Positions 1 through 9,033 of a DNA stretch of 64,000 nt are shown here, in pieces (position 1 is the first letter of the stretch; each line of letters opens with the position of its first letter). Location of the stretch: assembly GCA_016212695.1 (NCBI GenBank), contig JACREX010000048.1:5984-69983 (forward strand), written 5' to 3'. The DNA comes from Bacteroidia bacterium. GTDB lineage: Bacteria; Bacteroidota; Bacteroidia; Bacteroidales; GWF2-35-48. The translations under genes were made by a program, and so were the position numbers. The notes under the pieces were generated by a model that did no database searches, was not told where the DNA came from, and worked only from the letters and a program-made list of their open reading frames with translations.

Positions 1-2
1 CG

Positions 3-635
3 ATGACCATTGAAGGCAAACGGATGTATGTGTATGGCGCGATTGGCGGATTGGCCGGCATTTCAGCAGAAGGTGATGATGCCGGAAAAATTCTATGGGA
101 ATTTTCTTCAAGTGCGCCGTCTGTTGTAGCGCCGTCTGCAGTATATTTGAATAAAGGGAAAATCCTGTTTACTGCCGGTTATGGAGCCGGAAGCGCAGTT
201 ATTAGAATTGGAAAAAAGAATGATACATTTGAAGCAACGCTAGTACAAAAATTAACTCCATCAACGGGTATTGCATCGGAGCAACAAACCCCGGTTTTTT
301 ATAACGGCTTGTTGTATTGCATCCTGCCAAAAGATGCAGGAGCGCTGCATAATCAGTTTGTGTGTTATAATCCCGATGATTGCAGCAAGCCTGTGTGGTC
401 AAGCGGAAAAACGAAACGGTTTGGACTAGGTCCCTACTTAGTTATTAACGATAAATTTTTAATTTTGAATGATGACGGCGAATTGACGTTGATCAAAGCT
501 TCATCCACAGGGTATTCTCAAATTGCTCAGGTAAAAATTATAGACGGACAGGATGCCTGGGGGCCAATGGCTTTTGCTGATGGATACTTAATTATCCGCG
601 ACCTGAAAAAAATGTATGGTATAGATTTACGATAA
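3..635 (+). CDS. PQQ-like (BamB/quinoprotein-fold) beta-propeller repeat protein, C-terminal part; the 5' end lies outside the window
   Basis: The ORF is open to the window edge. Its C-terminus (..AWGPMAFADGYLIIRDLKKMYGIDL) parallels the C-terminus of the 47683..49026 paralog (..AWTVPVMANGKLYLRYLQTLVCYNL). The TAA stop overlaps the next ATG (TAATG at 633-637). Confidence 0.6.
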   Translation: MTIEGKRMYVYGAIGGLAGISAEGDDAGKILWEFSSSAPSVVAPSAVYLNKGKILFTAGYGAGSAVIRIGKKNDTFEATLVQKLTPSTGIASEQQTPVFYNGLLYCILPKDAGALHNQFVCYNPDDCSKPVWSSGKTKRFGLGPYLVINDKFLILNDDGELTLIKASSTGYSQIAQVKIIDGQDAWGPMAFADGYLIIRDLKKMYGIDLR

Positions 636-1597
636 TGCAGAAACACTACAAAATAGCGCTTGCCGGCGTAATCATTATGATTGTAATAATGATTGTCGGA
701 AAAATTTTAGTTCGAAATGTAAAAAACAGCACAGATAAAAATCCATATGAACTAAACCTTGACACGCTTGGAAAAATCCCTGAAAAATACCAATGTTATA
801 AAGAGGTGAATAAAATTAAAATTGATTTTAGTTGCCCTCACGGAATAGCTTTTGATACCGGTGATAATATCTGGGTGAGCGGTGATAGCTTGTTGCTGAA
901 ACTGAATAATTCAGGAAAAGAAATCTCACGGGTTTATACGCGGTCAATAGGATTTTGCATTGCCATTGATAAGGATAATAAAATTTTTATCGGCGCTGAA
1001 AATCATATTGAGATATACAGCCCTTCAGGAAATCTTTTAAATAAGTGGCAGAATATCGGGGATAGTTCAGTTATTACTTCAATTGCCCTGAAGCCAGATA
1101 TGGCCTATATTGCAGATGCGCATAATAATTTTATTTACCAGTTCGGCATGGATGGAATTATCCTTAATAAAATCGGCACAAAAGATACTTCAGATGAAAT
1201 CACAAGGTTTATTATTCCCAGTTATTATTTTGATGTTGCCGTAGATGCAGAAGGTTTTTTATGGGCTGCGAATACGGGCATGCATATCATGGTAAAATTT
1301 GATGAAACCGGAAAACCTCAATCCCATTGGGGAAAAGCGTCTGCCAGTTTAGACGGTTTCTGCGGTTGCTGTAATCCTTCTCATTTTGCCATTCTCAGAG
1401 ACGGTTCTTTTATCACCGCTGAAAAAGGAATTGTAAGAGTTAAAAAATATAACAAAAACGGAGAGTTTCTCTGCGCTTTGGCGGGTTCTGATAAATTTGC
1501 AAAAAACAGCAAAGGCCTTGATATTGCAGTGGATTCAAAACAGAAAATTTATATTCTCGAACCACAGGCAAAATTAATACACGTGTTTCAAAATTAA
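635..1597 (+). CDS. NHL-repeat six-bladed beta-propeller protein with an N-terminal membrane anchor
   Basis: N-terminal hydrophobic helix (IALAGVIIMIVIMIVGKIL). Six recurring NHL-like blades, e.g. PHGIAFDTGDNIWVSG, FDVAVDAEGFLWAANTG, GLDIAVDSKQKIYILE. Unusual CGCC motif at nt 1361-1372. Start overlaps the upstream stop. Confidence 0.6.
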   Translation: MQKHYKIALAGVIIMIVIMIVGKILVRNVKNSTDKNPYELNLDTLGKIPEKYQCYKEVNKIKIDFSCPHGIAFDTGDNIWVSGDSLLLKLNNSGKEISRVYTRSIGFCIAIDKDNKIFIGAENHIEIYSPSGNLLNKWQNIGDSSVITSIALKPDMAYIADAHNNFIYQFGMDGIILNKIGTKDTSDEITRFIIPSYYFDVAVDAEGFLWAANTGMHIMVKFDETGKPQSHWGKASASLDGFCGCCNPSHFAILRDGSFITAEKGIVRVKKYNKNGEFLCALAGSDKFAKNSKGLDIAVDSKQKIYILEPQAKLIHVFQN

Positions 1598-1614
1598 ATG
1601 TTCATTTAAAATTT

Positions 1615-2208
1615 ATGGACAAAAAAGAAAATAAAAAGAATGATTCCGGAAGCAAAAAAAGCATGAACCGCAGGGATTTCATTCGCCTGGGATTTCAAGC
1701 TGCCGCATTTGTGTCAATAGCTTCCGTGAGCGGTTATCTTGTAAAGAAATCGATGGATGAAGATCTCGTATGGCAGATTGATCCTTATAAATGTACTCAA
1801 TGCGGCCGTTGCGCGACATCCTGCGTGTTGAATCCCTCTGCCGTGAAATGCGTACATATATATATAATGTGCGGCTACTGCAATTTATGCAGCGGTTATT
1901 TTGTCCCTAATGTAAAGGAATTAAATACTGGCGCCGAGAACCTGTTGTGCCCTACAAAAGCATTAAAAAGATCATATATAGAGAAGCACTATTATAAATA
2001 CGATATTGACAGGGAACTTTGTATCGGATGTGCAAAATGTGTGAAGGGTTGCAGTTCTTTTGGAAACGGATCGCTTCATTTGCAGATCATCCGCGATCTT
2101 TGTAAAAAGTGTAACCAGTGCTCTATTGCCAAAGTATGCCCATCGGGAGCATTTAAACAGATTTCCGCTAGCAAAGCGTATTTGTTGAAGAGTGGATGGA
2201 AAGGATAA
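1615..2208 (+). CDS. Tat-signal polyferredoxin (NapG-like periplasmic 4Fe-4S protein)
   Basis: Twin-arginine motif NRRDFIRLG followed by a hydrophobic stretch. Several Cys clusters: CTQCGRCATSC, CGYCNLCSGY, CIGCAKCVKGC, CKKCNQCSIAKVCP. Confidence 0.75.
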   Translation: MDKKENKKNDSGSKKSMNRRDFIRLGFQAAAFVSIASVSGYLVKKSMDEDLVWQIDPYKCTQCGRCATSCVLNPSAVKCVHIYIMCGYCNLCSGYFVPNVKELNTGAENLLCPTKALKRSYIEKHYYKYDIDRELCIGCAKCVKGCSSFGNGSLHLQIIRDLCKKCNQCSIAKVCPSGAFKQISASKAYLLKSGWKG

Positions 2209-2235
2209 ACCAGTTTCAAGTTCATTTCGGACATT

Positions 2236-2305
2236 GAGCCCTGAGTTGAACCCTGAGCTTGTCGAAGGGTGTCGAAGGGTCGAAATGCCGAAATGGTCGA
2301 AGTGT
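2236..2305. repeat. Intergenic low-complexity repeat element (CCCTGAG x2, GTCGAAGGGT x2, CGAAATG x2, GTCGAAGTGT)
   Basis: Read directly in the 160-nt spacer between the two ferredoxin genes. The same word set and order recurs at 38461-38530. Confidence 0.6.
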
Positions 2306-2368
2306 GAAGAAGAGAGTGTTTAAAGTTAAAAGTTTGAGCGATGATAAATTTAAGTTCAACGTAATGAA

Positions 2369-3658
2369 ATGAGTAAAATTTTTAAGATACTATCCTTTTT
2401 ATATTTTGCATTAAACTCTGCTGTATTGTTTGCGCAGCAACGTTTCCCGCAGCCCGAGTTTGATAACGGGCATGTGCCTCCGCCCACGCAATTACCATTT
2501 GACCAGGGTATATTTATGGTTTATCTTGATATATTCGTTTTTGTTGTTTTGTTATCGCTCATCACCTATTTTATTTTAAAGAAACGATCACGAAGGTTTG
2601 TTTTTTGGTCAACTGTTTTTTCTGTGATTTATTTTGGATTTTACAGGCATGGCTGTGTATGTTCCATAGGCGCTATACAAAATGTATCCCTGGCATTGCT
2701 TGATAAAAGCTATATCCTTCCAATATCCGTTATCGTTTTTTTTGTTTTACCCCTGTTTTATACTCTTTTTTTCGGAAGAACTTTTTGTGCCGGCGTCTGC
2801 TTGTTTGGCTCGCTGCAGGATTTGGTGATTTATAAACCTGTTAAAGTTTCTTCATGGATTCAAAAATCATTAGGTATTATTCCTTATTTATATTTATCGT
2901 TGGCGGTTTTATTTGCTGCAACCGGTTCGGATTTTATTATTTGCAGATACGATCCGTTTATCGGATTTTTCAGGTTCAGCGCAACATTCGGCATGTATGT
3001 GTTTGGCGTTTTGATTTTGGTAACCGGCATTTTTATTGCCCGCCCTTATTGCCGTTTTTTATGTCCGTATGGCGTATTGCTGAACTGGATTTCCCGCATT
3101 TCATGGTGGCATCTCACTATCTCACCAACAGATTGTATACAGTGCGGACTATGTGAAAATACATGTCCTGTTGATGCGATTCAGAAACCAACTGCTACAG
3201 TGAAGTCAGAACCTCAGGAAAAAGGCACAAAACGTCTCTTATTGTTTTTTATCCTGATTCCTGTTTTTATGTTTGCCAGTGGATTTATATGTTCCAGTCT
3301 TTACAAACCATTATCTATGGTTAATTTACAGGTGAGGCTGGCCCAAGAGATATCAGATGAAATTCTTACAAATACAAAATCAGCAAGCCAGGAAGCAATA
3401 ACATTTAATGCATCAGGAATATCGGTAAAGGAGCTTTTTGCAGATGCCGCCGTTATTCAGTCAAAGATATACAAAGGGGCATGGATCATGGGTGCATTGC
3501 TTGGATTGTTTCTTGCAACCGCTCTTATCAGATCGTCCATTTTTAAATATAGAACGATTTATGAACCAGACAGGGGAAATTGCCTGAGTTGCGGCAGGTG
3601 TTATAAGTATTGCCCGGTGGATAAAGACAGGAGGAGAAAGGAAAAAGCAGAAAGTTGA
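2369..3658 (+). CDS. NapH/MauN/NosR-like integral membrane 4Fe-4S binding protein
   Basis: Signal peptide and multiple TM helices. Membrane CxxxC(P) motifs (GCVCSIGA, FCAGVCLFGS, YCRFLCPYG). Two ferredoxin motifs: CIQCGLCENTCP and CLSCGRCYKYCP. Confidence 0.7.
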   Translation: MSKIFKILSFLYFALNSAVLFAQQRFPQPEFDNGHVPPPTQLPFDQGIFMVYLDIFVFVVLLSLITYFILKKRSRRFVFWSTVFSVIYFGFYRHGCVCSIGAIQNVSLALLDKSYILPISVIVFFVLPLFYTLFFGRTFCAGVCLFGSLQDLVIYKPVKVSSWIQKSLGIIPYLYLSLAVLFAATGSDFIICRYDPFIGFFRFSATFGMYVFGVLILVTGIFIARPYCRFLCPYGVLLNWISRISWWHLTISPTDCIQCGLCENTCPVDAIQKPTATVKSEPQEKGTKRLLLFFILIPVFMFASGFICSSLYKPLSMVNLQVRLAQEISDEILTNTKSASQEAITFNASGISVKELFADAAVIQSKIYKGAWIMGALLGLFLATALIRSSIFKYRTIYEPDRGNCLSCGRCYKYCPVDKDRRRKEKAES

Positions 3659-5529
3659 AAAGTAAGAGATCGATAAAAAGTAAATATCAAATATACTCGA
3701 CATTAATAATTATGTTGTCGGAAACAAAAAATATAATTCGTAAAATTACAAAGGGAACAGCTTTGGTTTCCTTCGTTTTTATCATACTCATCAGTGCATT
3801 GCTCATTATAAATTATATTCAGTTGAAGTCAGTTTCCCCGATTGAAAATAACCGTGTTGAAAAATTAATCGGCAAACTCAGCCAAAATCCAAACGATGAA
3901 GAATTGAAACAGCAAATACGTTCCGTAGATCTGATGACGCGGAAAGCTTTTTTTACCAGCGAGTGGCAGCTTGATATTGGTTCGTATTTTTTGTTAGTGG
4001 CGGTAATACTTCTTATAGCATCTGTATTAATTTATAATTCATTGAAATTTGAAGTCACGAAACCTGAAGCGCCTACTACCCGGATTGATTTCTGGATGAA
4101 GCGATCCAACGAACGGATATGGATACTATCTCTTACTATGATAATTGTTGCATTTGTCGTTGTATTATTGTTTTTGTCGAAGAATTCTTATACCGATTTT
4201 AATACAGAGAAAGACGGATTGTCGGCAAATGAATATAGTAACACCAACGATGTAAAAGATCAAAATATTCAGATTCAAGAGATATTGAAAAAAGCTGACA
4301 ACTCTTTGGTAAATTCAATAGAATCTATTACAGATGTATATCCTGCTGATGCTGATGAAAAAGATTTCCCGGATGATAATTCTATTCTGTCAAATTATCC
4401 TTCTTTCCGCGGGCCTTTTGGTTTGGGTGTAAGCAATCAGCAAAAACTGCCAACAGAATGGGATGGTGTATCCGGTAAAAATATTGTATGGAAAACTGCT
4501 GTTCCGTTACCGGGCTATAACTCGCCTGTTGTATGGGGTAATTATATTTTCCTTTCAGGCGCAACGGCACAGAAAAGAGAAGTGTATTGTTTTAACCGTA
4601 AGAATGGAAAATTAATCTGGTCGCGGCCTGTTGAAAATATCAAAGGCAGCCCGGCTGCTGCTCCCAAGGTTACGGATGCCGGGTATTCCGCTTCAACCCT
4701 GACAACCGATGGTAAAAGGGTTTTTGCCATATTTGCCAATGGAGACCTTATTTGTTTTGATTTTGAGGGGAAACAACTTTGGGCAAAAAACCTGGGTGTA
4801 CCCGATAACCATTACGGCCACGCTTCTTCGCTGAATTTTTTTCACAACCTTTTAATTGTTCAGTACGATCAGAACAAAACAAGAAACCTGTTAGCTCTTT
4901 CAACTCATACTGGAAATGTAAGATGGAATACAACCCGTCCGGGCCATATATCATGGGCTTCTCCGATCATTGTTAAAAATGGTAATCAATATGAAATTAT
5001 TGTAAATAATGAACCGTATGTCGCATCCTATGATCCTGAAACCGGAAATGAATTATGGAAAGTGGATTGCTTGAGCGGTGAGATCGGTCCGTCGCCCGCC
5101 TATGCCGACGGTGTGGTTTTTGCTGTGAATACGTATGCAAAGTTGACTGCTGTTAAAGCAGGAAATCCTCCAAAAATAATCTGGGAAAATGAAGATTTTC
5201 TTTCGGATGTTTCAAGCCCTGTGGCGTGGAAAGATTATTTAATTGTAACAACATCTGCAGGCGAAGTTGCCTGTTATAACACAAAAGACGGTACGCTATT
5301 CTGGTCGAACGAATTTGATATTGGGTTTTATGCTTCGCCGATTATTGCAAATGGTAAAATATACATGATGAATCGTAACGGAGTGATGCATATTATGAAG
5401 ACGGATAAGAAATTTTCATTGGTCGGCGTCCCCAAAATAGGTGAAAAATCTGATTGTACGCCTGCGTTTGCAAATGGACAGATTTATATCAGAGGGCAGA
5501 AAAATTTGTATTGTGTGGGGAATAAATAA
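3655..5529 (+). CDS. Membrane-anchored PQQ-like beta-propeller repeat protein
   Basis: N-terminal roughly 190 aa contains about three hydrophobic helices. The C-terminal roughly 380 aa is a propeller (..NIVWKTAVPLPGYNSPVVWGNYIFLSG.., ..LWKVDCLSGEIGPSPAYADGVVFAV..). The listed start at 3655 is non-ATG and overlaps the upstream gene; the in-frame ATG at 3712 (MLSETKN..) is an alternative start. Confidence 0.65.
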   Translation: MKSKRSIKSKYQIYSTLIIMLSETKNIIRKITKGTALVSFVFIILISALLIINYIQLKSVSPIENNRVEKLIGKLSQNPNDEELKQQIRSVDLMTRKAFFTSEWQLDIGSYFLLVAVILLIASVLIYNSLKFEVTKPEAPTTRIDFWMKRSNERIWILSLTMIIVAFVVVLLFLSKNSYTDFNTEKDGLSANEYSNTNDVKDQNIQIQEILKKADNSLVNSIESITDVYPADADEKDFPDDNSILSNYPSFRGPFGLGVSNQQKLPTEWDGVSGKNIVWKTAVPLPGYNSPVVWGNYIFLSGATAQKREVYCFNRKNGKLIWSRPVENIKGSPAAAPKVTDAGYSASTLTTDGKRVFAIFANGDLICFDFEGKQLWAKNLGVPDNHYGHASSLNFFHNLLIVQYDQNKTRNLLALSTHTGNVRWNTTRPGHISWASPIIVKNGNQYEIIVNNEPYVASYDPETGNELWKVDCLSGEIGPSPAYADGVVFAVNTYAKLTAVKAGNPPKIIWENEDFLSDVSSPVAWKDYLIVTTSAGEVACYNTKDGTLFWSNEFDIGFYASPIIANGKIYMMNRNGVMHIMKTDKKFSLVGVPKIGEKSDCTPAFANGQIYIRGQKNLYCVGNK

Positions 5530-5531
5530 CG

Positions 5532-7877
5532 ATGATTGAAAATACTGAACATATTATACAGCAAATCGTCAGCCAATACGGAACATCGAAAGATAAAGCC
5601 ATCCCTGTTTTACAGGCTGTTCAAAAAGAATTTAATTATCTGCCGGATGACGTTTTAAAAAAAGTTTGCGATCTGACAGGTATTTCTTATTCGCGAATAA
5701 TCGGTGTTTCTACTTTTTATTCTCAATTTCGTTTTATACCTGCAGGTAAGCATCTTATAAAAGTTTGTGTGGGTACGGCATGCCATGTAAAAGGCGCTAT
5801 GCAGGTGTATGATGCTTTTTCCCGTTATTTGAAATTGAACCCTGAACATGATACGGATAAGGATGGCCTGTTCACTTTGAAGCAGGTTGCTTGCTTAGGT
5901 TGTTGCACGATTGCGCCGGCTGTTCAGATTGATGAAGTAACCTATGGAAAAGTCGGGCAGAATGATATTGCGGAAATACTAAATAATTTTTTATCAAAAG
6001 CAACCGAAAAATACGTTGAACAAAAATCATGGATACGAAACTCCAAACTGCAGGGTGAAATCCGCCTAGGATTAGGCTCTTGTTGTATTGCCAGCGGCAG
6101 CGAAGATGTAAGGGAAGCCTTGATGGACGGGCTTAAAGCAACCGGGATCCATACTCAGGTGAAACAAGTGAGTTGTGTGGGAATGTGTCACCAGGTTCCA
6201 TTGCTCGAAGTCAAAGACAAGAATGATAGTGTTACGTTTTATTCGAAAGTAGCGCCACAGGATGTAAAAAATATTTTATTGAAACATTTTGAACCCGCCA
6301 ATTTTGTAGATAAGTTGAAAAATAACCTGTTTCAGAAATTAGACCGCCTGTATTTAGACAACCAGGTTTCATCACCAGACAAATGTTATCTTGATGTATC
6401 CGAAAAACCTGTTCAGGATTTTATGAAAAAGCAGGTTCATATCGCCACTGAATTAAAAGGCGTTTTAAATCCGATTGACATTGACGAGTATAAACAAAAA
6501 GGCGGATTTGAAGCATTACAAAAATGTCTGGATGAATATTCTCCGGAAGAAATTATTGAAATGATAAAACAAAGCGGATTACGGGGCAGGGGAGGAGCAG
6601 GTTTTCCAACCGGAGAAAAATGGGAAGCGGTTTATAACCGGCAATCAAATATTAAATATATTATATGTAATGGAGATGAAGGCGATCCCGGCGCATTTAT
6701 GGACCGTATGCTTCTTGAATCTTTCCCATACCGTATTATTGAAGGGATGACGATAGCCGCTTATGCTACCGGTGCAACAAAGGGTTATTTTTATATTCGT
6801 GCTGAATATCGCCTGGCTGTGAAACGAATCCGGGAAGCATTGGCTGAATGTGAAAAGCATGGATTTATAGGAGATAATATATTAAATTCAAAAACTTCGT
6901 TACAGATTGAAATTTTTGAAGGCGCCGGCGCTTTTGTTTGCGGTGAAGAAACCGCCCTGATAGCTTCTATGGAAGGTAAACGCGGCATGCCCCACATGCG
7001 CCCGCCATTTCCTGCTCAACAGGGGTTTAATGGTTATCCTACCTTAGTGAATAATGTTGAAACTTTTGCAAATATTTCGTGGATCATCAGGAATGGAGCG
7101 AATGCTTTTAATAAGATCGGAACATCATCCGGCAAGGGAACGAAAGTATTTGCTTTAGCCGGGAAAATAGCGCGGGGCGGACTTATTGAGGTACCTATGG
7201 GAATTACCATTCGTGAAATTGTTGAGGAAATCGGAGGAGGAATACAGGGAAATAAAAAATTTAAAGCAGTTCAGATCGGCGGTCCTTCCGGTGGATGTAT
7301 TCCTGCTTCTTTGGCTGAAACGCCTGTAGATTATCAATTCCTTAATGAGATCGGAGCCATGATGGGTTCCGGTGGTCTCGTGGTTCTTGACGAAACGGAT
7401 TGCGTGATTGATATAGCGAAATATTTTCTTTCTTTCACCCAAAACCAATCCTGCGGAAAATGTGTATATTGCAGGGTCGGCACAAAGCATATACTCAACA
7501 TCCTTGAAAAAATTTCTTCGGGAAAAGCCAACATGGACGACCTGAAAAAATTAGCGGAATTATCATTTCAGGTAAAAAAAGGAAGTATGTGCGGTCTTGG
7601 AAAAAGTGCGCCAAACCCGGTTATAACAACTTTGAAATATTTCATGGAAGAGTATGAAGCACATATCTCGGGAACCTGTCCTGCGAAAAAGTGTAAAGAA
7701 TTAATAATGTATTCTATTAATGAAAAATGTATCGGCTGCACCCGTTGCGCACAATATTGTCCATCAGGCGCTATTGAATTTAATCCTTACGAAAAGCACA
7801 ATATTGATATTGAAAAATGTATTAAATGCGATATTTGCAAACAGGTTTGTCCGAATGAGGCAGTTGAGAAGATATAG
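5532..7877 (+). CDS. Fused NuoE-like/NuoF-like NAD(P)H-oxidising flavoprotein (HydB/HndC-type) with C-terminal 2x[4Fe-4S] ferredoxin
   Basis: Thioredoxin-like 2Fe-2S motifs (CVGTACHVKG..CLGCCTIAP; GSCCIASG..CVGMCHQVP). NuoF FMN/NADH motifs: GRGGAGFPTGEKW, CNGDEGDPGAFMDR, GAGAFVCGEETALIASMEG. N3-type cluster SCGKCVYCRVG..MCGLG. C-terminal CIGCTRCAQYCP and CIKCDICKQVCP. Confidence 0.85.
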   Translation: MIENTEHIIQQIVSQYGTSKDKAIPVLQAVQKEFNYLPDDVLKKVCDLTGISYSRIIGVSTFYSQFRFIPAGKHLIKVCVGTACHVKGAMQVYDAFSRYLKLNPEHDTDKDGLFTLKQVACLGCCTIAPAVQIDEVTYGKVGQNDIAEILNNFLSKATEKYVEQKSWIRNSKLQGEIRLGLGSCCIASGSEDVREALMDGLKATGIHTQVKQVSCVGMCHQVPLLEVKDKNDSVTFYSKVAPQDVKNILLKHFEPANFVDKLKNNLFQKLDRLYLDNQVSSPDKCYLDVSEKPVQDFMKKQVHIATELKGVLNPIDIDEYKQKGGFEALQKCLDEYSPEEIIEMIKQSGLRGRGGAGFPTGEKWEAVYNRQSNIKYIICNGDEGDPGAFMDRMLLESFPYRIIEGMTIAAYATGATKGYFYIRAEYRLAVKRIREALAECEKHGFIGDNILNSKTSLQIEIFEGAGAFVCGEETALIASMEGKRGMPHMRPPFPAQQGFNGYPTLVNNVETFANISWIIRNGANAFNKIGTSSGKGTKVFALAGKIARGGLIEVPMGITIREIVEEIGGGIQGNKKFKAVQIGGPSGGCIPASLAETPVDYQFLNEIGAMMGSGGLVVLDETDCVIDIAKYFLSFTQNQSCGKCVYCRVGTKHILNILEKISSGKANMDDLKKLAELSFQVKKGSMCGLGKSAPNPVITTLKYFMEEYEAHISGTCPAKKCKELIMYSINEKCIGCTRCAQYCPSGAIEFNPYEKHNIDIEKCIKCDICKQVCPNEAVEKI

Positions 7878-7941
7878 GCTAATATGAGTTCGTTTTTATT
7901 TATTATCAGCATGCAGCCGATTATTGAACACATGAATTGAA

Positions 7942-8994
7942 ATGATACGAATTAAAATAAATAATATTTTTATTGAAGTACCGGATGGCACAATGCTTTT
8001 AAAAGCAGCAGAGCAATTAGGCATTGAAATACCCACACTCTGTTATCTGAAAGATTTTATTCCATCCTCTTCGTGTATGGTCTGTGTTGTTGAAGATAAA
8101 TATTCCGGAAAATTTTTGCCGGCTTGTTCTGCTTTGGCTCAGACCGGAATGATTATTGAAACAGATAATGATGAGGTTAAAAAGCTACGAAAAAATGCTG
8201 TTGAACTTTTATTGAGCGAACATGTCGGCGATTGCGAAGCGCCCTGCAAGAGGGCTTGTCCAGCACACACCAATATCCCAGCGATAAACCGTTTTCTTGC
8301 AAAAGGTGATTTCAAGAATGCAGCAAAAATTTTGCATAAAACAAAACACGGTTGTGCTGAATGTGCAGCTCCCTGTGAAAAGGTATGCAGGAGAAAAAAT
8401 ATTGATGCTGCTGTTTCAATAATGCAATTGCAGGAATTTATTTTTTCACAAAAAGATTTCAAAGAAATACCGTCATCTTCAAAAAGTCAACGTATAGCGA
8501 AACTGAAATTTAATTCAAGCTATGGCAAAATGCGCGATAATGAAAAGCCTGAATTTTTAAAAGAACCAGAAAATGCAAATGCAAGAACTGAACCCAAAGA
8601 GATTCAATCCGGATTTACTGCCGATGAAGCCGTAGCCGAAGCAAAACGCTGCCTGCATTGTGATTGCAGGAAAGCCGATATATGTAAACTGAGATTATTG
8701 GCTGAGAAATTTGAAGCCTGTCAAAGAATCTTTGAGTTGACGGAAAGAAATGATGTATCGAAAATTATTTATCCTGAAAATGTAATTTACGAACCGCAAA
8801 AATGTATTAAATGCGGTATTTGTATTCAGATAACAGAAAAAACAGAGGAGATTGCCTTTACGTTTATCGGAAGGGGGTTTAAAGTTAAGATCGGAGTCCC
8901 GTTTACTGATAAAATATCGAAAGCTTTGAGAAAAACGGCAAAAGAATGTGTTGATTCTTGCCCGACAGGTGCGTTGGCTTTTTATAAAAGTTAA
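7942..8994 (+). CDS. 2Fe-2S / multi-4Fe-4S iron-sulfur protein (NuoG/HydA N-terminal-like plus GltD-N-terminal-like domain); no catalytic domain
   Basis: N-terminal plant-type 2Fe-2S fold (IKINNIFIEVPDGTMLL..CYLKDFIPSSSCMVCVV..LPACS). EHVGDCEAPCKRACPAHTNIP resembles the Fer4_20/GltD N-terminus. Further clusters: CLHCDC..CKL, CIKCGICIQ, CVDSCPTGA. Confidence 0.7.
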   Translation: MIRIKINNIFIEVPDGTMLLKAAEQLGIEIPTLCYLKDFIPSSSCMVCVVEDKYSGKFLPACSALAQTGMIIETDNDEVKKLRKNAVELLLSEHVGDCEAPCKRACPAHTNIPAINRFLAKGDFKNAAKILHKTKHGCAECAAPCEKVCRRKNIDAAVSIMQLQEFIFSQKDFKEIPSSSKSQRIAKLKFNSSYGKMRDNEKPEFLKEPENANARTEPKEIQSGFTADEAVAEAKRCLHCDCRKADICKLRLLAEKFEACQRIFELTERNDVSKIIYPENVIYEPQKCIKCGICIQITEKTEEIAFTFIGRGFKVKIGVPFTDKISKALRKTAKECVDSCPTGALAFYKS

Positions 8995-9033
8995 TTTCAA
9001 ATTTTAAAATGCAGAATCAGTAATTACTAAAAA

